Assembly: GCA_044440125.1 (NCBI GenBank)
Contig: JBITAJ010000028.1
Location: 64,001-128,000, forward strand
DNA from: Sedimentisphaeraceae bacterium JB056
Lineage (GTDB): Bacteria > Planctomycetota > Phycisphaerae > Sedimentisphaerales > Sedimentisphaeraceae
DNA: 64,000 bases
Direction of reading: 5' to 3'
Shown here: in pieces, positions 61,019-64,000 of the stretch
Layout: every line of letters starts with the position of its first letter
How positions within the stretch are numbered: position 1 is the first letter of the stretch
Program-made: the position numbers and the translations under genes
Notes under the pieces: model-generated
What the model was told of the DNA's origin: nothing
Databases searched by the model: none
Seen by the model: only the letters and a program-made list of their open reading frames with translations

Positions 61019-62110
61019 TTAAATTATACTTCCAAGCAAAGCTTGCAGTTGGTCTTCCTGCTCAATTATAGACTCCACAAGTTTTATCTGAGTGCGGCAG
61101 CGATCTATATTATGCTCTGGATATTTAGTCTTGAAATAAGTATCACCGCTGAGATAATCAGTAAGGAATCTTACGCCTATCATAAGCGTTATCATCTTGC
61201 CGCTGAGTATAAGATTATCTTTTTCCGCATCATTAAGAAAAGCACCTGCGGTTGAAAGATAGCCGCGAAGAACAGCCTCAAACCTGTCCTGACGCAACCC
61301 AACTTTACTGAGGTCTTTCTCATCCTCAGCAGTCGGACTTGCCGTGGTTCTTACCATATCACCGAAATCGTACAGTGCAAGCCCGGGCATAACGGTATCA
61401 AGATCGATAACACATATTCCTTTATCCGTCTCGTTATCAATCATGACATTATTGATTTTCGTATCATTGTGAGTAATACGAACAGGTATCTTGCCCGCCT
61501 CAACAAGAGCCGGCAGCACATCAAAAACCGGTGACAAAGCAACAATCTTATCTATCTCAGACTTTGCAGAAGCCGCCCTGTTGACACTATCGGTTTCAAT
61601 CGCCTCCAAGAGTGTCTTATAGCGTTTGGGACCGTTATGAAAATCTGGAATAGTCTCATTGAGAGGCTCACCGCCCAAATCCGATACAAGATTCTGAAAA
61701 CTGCCAAATGCCTGAGCCGCCTGGAATATCTGTTCATTTGTCTCTGGAACGTCGTAAGTTACCGCATTTTCAATAAAGAGATAACATCTCCAGTAAGAGC
61801 CCTCATCATCAATGAAATAATCCTTGCCGTCATTCGCCTTTACAAGGGTAAGAGTCTTGCGGGAAGCATCCTGATCACTTGCGCCAAGACGACTGCGGCA
61901 ATGCTCGGTTACGCGAGCAATATTGCTCATCAGAGCTTGTGGATTCTTGAAAATATTGTGGTTTATACGCTGAAATATATAACGTACTTTCAAGCCGGCC
62001 TGACTGCAAACAACAGCATAAGTATCATTTATATGCCCGCTGCCGTAAGGTGCTGCTGAAATAAAATCTCCAAAAATACAAAACGACTTAAAAATATCAC
62101 CCATATCCAT
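61019..62110 (-). CDS. APH-family phosphotransferase (N-acetylhexosamine 1-kinase-like)
   Basis: GSGHINDTY, QRINH.IF, THNDTKINN, IDLDTVMPG, DFGD. Confidence 0.88.
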   Translation of the reverse strand: MDMGDIFKSFCIFGDFISAAPYGSGHINDTYAVVCSQAGLKVRYIFQRINHNIFKNPQALMSNIARVTEHCRSRLGASDQDASRKTLTLVKANDGKDYFIDDEGSYWRCYLFIENAVTYDVPETNEQIFQAAQAFGSFQNLVSDLGGEPLNETIPDFHNGPKRYKTLLEAIETDSVNRAASAKSEIDKIVALSPVFDVLPALVEAGKIPVRITHNDTKINNVMIDNETDKGICVIDLDTVMPGLALYDFGDMVRTTASPTAEDEKDLSKVGLRQDRFEAVLRGYLSTAGAFLNDAEKDNLILSGKMITLMIGVRFLTDYLSGDTYFKTKYPEHNIDRCRTQIKLVESIIEQEDQLQALLGSII

Positions 62111-62254
62111 GTTAAAATTCCTGTTTCCGTAAACATCAATTAATTATAGCGTTACAATATTACAGGTTTATTTTAATATTAATTTAAGCAGAATAAAATA
62201 ATCACAAGTAACATTATGATGGATATAAGTAACTCAAATCAAGCCACATTTTTC

Positions 62255-64000
62255 TCATGCACCAGGAAGCGTAAAATGGAAAGTTGCACCCTCACCGTCT
62301 TCAGACTCGACCCATATAGAGCCGTTGTGCCTGTCAACAATCCTTTTGGCCACAGAAAGACCTATGCCCGTGCCATCGTATTCCTGACGGCTGTTGAGAC
62401 GTTTGAATATATCGAAGATCTTATCATGGAACTCCGACTTGATTCCAATACCGTTATCTTTGATCATAAAATGAACATTATGATCTTCACGAATGCTTGA
62501 GATATCTATTTGGGGTGTCCTGTCTTTTGAACGGAATTTTATTGCATTGGAAATGAGGTTCTGCATTAACTGAACAATAAGAAGCTCACTACCCCTTACC
62601 TCATCAAGGTCCCCGGCGTTTATCTGAACATTTGCCTCACTTATAGACCTCTCAAGGTTTGCCGAGACTGTCTTGAATACATGATTCATATCGACAGAAT
62701 CCATTCTCACAAGATTATTACCAACTCTCGAATAATCGAGAAGACCCTGTATCAGATCATACATGCGCCTGACACTCTGTATGATAAGATGCATATATCC
62801 AACAGCCTCTTTATCAAACAATGAACCGTATTCCCTCTCAAGGAGCTCTACATACAAACCGATTGTACGCAACGGTTCTCGGAGATCATGAGATGCAATG
62901 TAAGCAAACTGCTCAAGATCTTCATTGCTTCTCTTCAAAGCCTTGAGCATTCTGTTTCGTTCAGTTATATCTGAAGCCATTGCAAGAACATACTTTATTT
63001 CACCATCATAACCGGTTATAGGAACTGCCATCAACTCTACTTCAATGATTCTTCCATCCTGGCAGATGTATCTCTTATCCTCAACAAAGCTTTGGACTTC
63101 ACCGGCAAATATCTTACGATAATTTTCAATACTCGATTCTCTGTCATCTACATGGGTAAACTCTATGATTGAATTCTGACGGAGTTCTTTTATCGAATAG
63201 CCCAACTTCTCACAATACGGATTTATATACATTGGCTTAAGATCAGAATCAACAAGTGCTATCATCATCGTAGCATTATCAAACATAGCCTTAAGACGCT
63301 GCTCACTATCACGAAGCTGAAGCTCTTTATTCTTCATCTCGGTTATATCCGTATTTGCACCCATAAATTTATGAGGCCGTCCGCTTGAATCCCTTCCAAT
63401 TACCTTTCCAAGCGACCTAACCCATATCCATTTCCCCGAACCAACTTTATATCTGAAGGTAACATCGTAATTGTCAATTTTACCGCATAAACAGTCTTCT
63501 ATATTCCTCCTGACCTCAGCCAAGTTATCTTTATGAATATTATCAATAACCTTATCAACATGGAATGTCTTGCCGTTTTTCCATGAGAACATCTTGACCC
63601 AGTTATCGTCAACAGTAAACATACCCGTATTGATATTCCACTGCCATAAGCCCACGCATGCAGCCTCCACGGCAAGCTTGCGATACTCTGTTTCTTCAAG
63701 CAGACGTACTCTGCGGTGATACTCCTGAGTAACATCCCTGAAAACAAGCACTACACCTCTAACCTCTCCTTGTGAATCGCGTATAGGCGATATACTGTCA
63801 GATATTTGATAACGCTTACCATCTCTCCTGATAAGAGTAGTATCTTTTGAAAGAGCTATAGGAGTACCGGCAGAAATTGCCCTTGAAACAGGATCTTCTA
63901 TAGCCTTTTCCGATTCTGTCTCAATAGCTTTGAAAACTTTCTCAAGCGGCTCTCCTAAAGCCTTGTCAATATCCCAGCCTGTCAACTTCTCCGCAACCAG
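62255..64000 (-). CDS. PAS-domain sensor histidine kinase (5'-truncated by window edge)
   Basis: Frame open to window end; three PAS/PAC units; FAYIASHDLREPL, NAIKF, DNGIG, GTGIGL. Confidence 0.92.
   Translation of the reverse strand: MVAEKLTGWDIDKALGEPLEKVFKAIETESEKAIEDPVSRAISAGTPIALSKDTTLIRRDGKRYQISDSISPIRDSQGEVRGVVLVFRDVTQEYHRRVRLLEETEYRKLAVEAACVGLWQWNINTGMFTVDDNWVKMFSWKNGKTFHVDKVIDNIHKDNLAEVRRNIEDCLCGKIDNYDVTFRYKVGSGKWIWVRSLGKVIGRDSSGRPHKFMGANTDITEMKNKELQLRDSEQRLKAMFDNATMMIALVDSDLKPMYINPYCEKLGYSIKELRQNSIIEFTHVDDRESSIENYRKIFAGEVQSFVEDKRYICQDGRIIEVELMAVPITGYDGEIKYVLAMASDITERNRMLKALKRSNEDLEQFAYIASHDLREPLRTIGLYVELLEREYGSLFDKEAVGYMHLIIQSVRRMYDLIQGLLDYSRVGNNLVRMDSVDMNHVFKTVSANLERSISEANVQINAGDLDEVRGSELLIVQLMQNLISNAIKFRSKDRTPQIDISSIREDHNVHFMIKDNGIGIKSEFHDKIFDIFKRLNSRQEYDGTGIGLSVAKRIVDRHNGSIWVESEDGEGATFHFTLPGA

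Overview
64 kb of AT-rich bacterial chromosome, mostly housekeeping and carbohydrate/signalling genes: rplU, amtB-P-II, purH, gyrA, lon-obg, rplM-rpsI, mnmE, nadK, tRNA-Glu, tRNA-Ala and three PAS histidine kinases. The multi-HTH sigma-70, the split rplU/rpmA/obg arrangement and many acidic secreted proteins suggest a planctomycete, possibly Phycisphaerae/Sedimentisphaerales (inference only). I see no CRISPR array, integrase, transposase or prophage. Highlights: (1) 7621-7953 encodes a bacterial histone fold (Bd0055-like, RKTVxxxD) fused to a 54-aa H1-like Lys/Ala/Pro N-terminal tail, downstream of Rrf2 and MazG genes. (2) The 'hypothetical' at 52583-53533 looks like a deeply diverged D-lyxose-isomerase-type cupin with a large insertion, heading an operon with a PfkB kinase and an MtlD-like dehydrogenase. 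(3) The multi-BON gene at 1-1254 is interrupted by one in-frame TAG with intact sequence on both sides. (4) A C-protein-like XRE gene with two tandem palindromic operators sits between two hybrid kinases. (5) There are several structured leaders and apparently leaderless genes. All family assignments come from motif recognition by eye; no searches were run.
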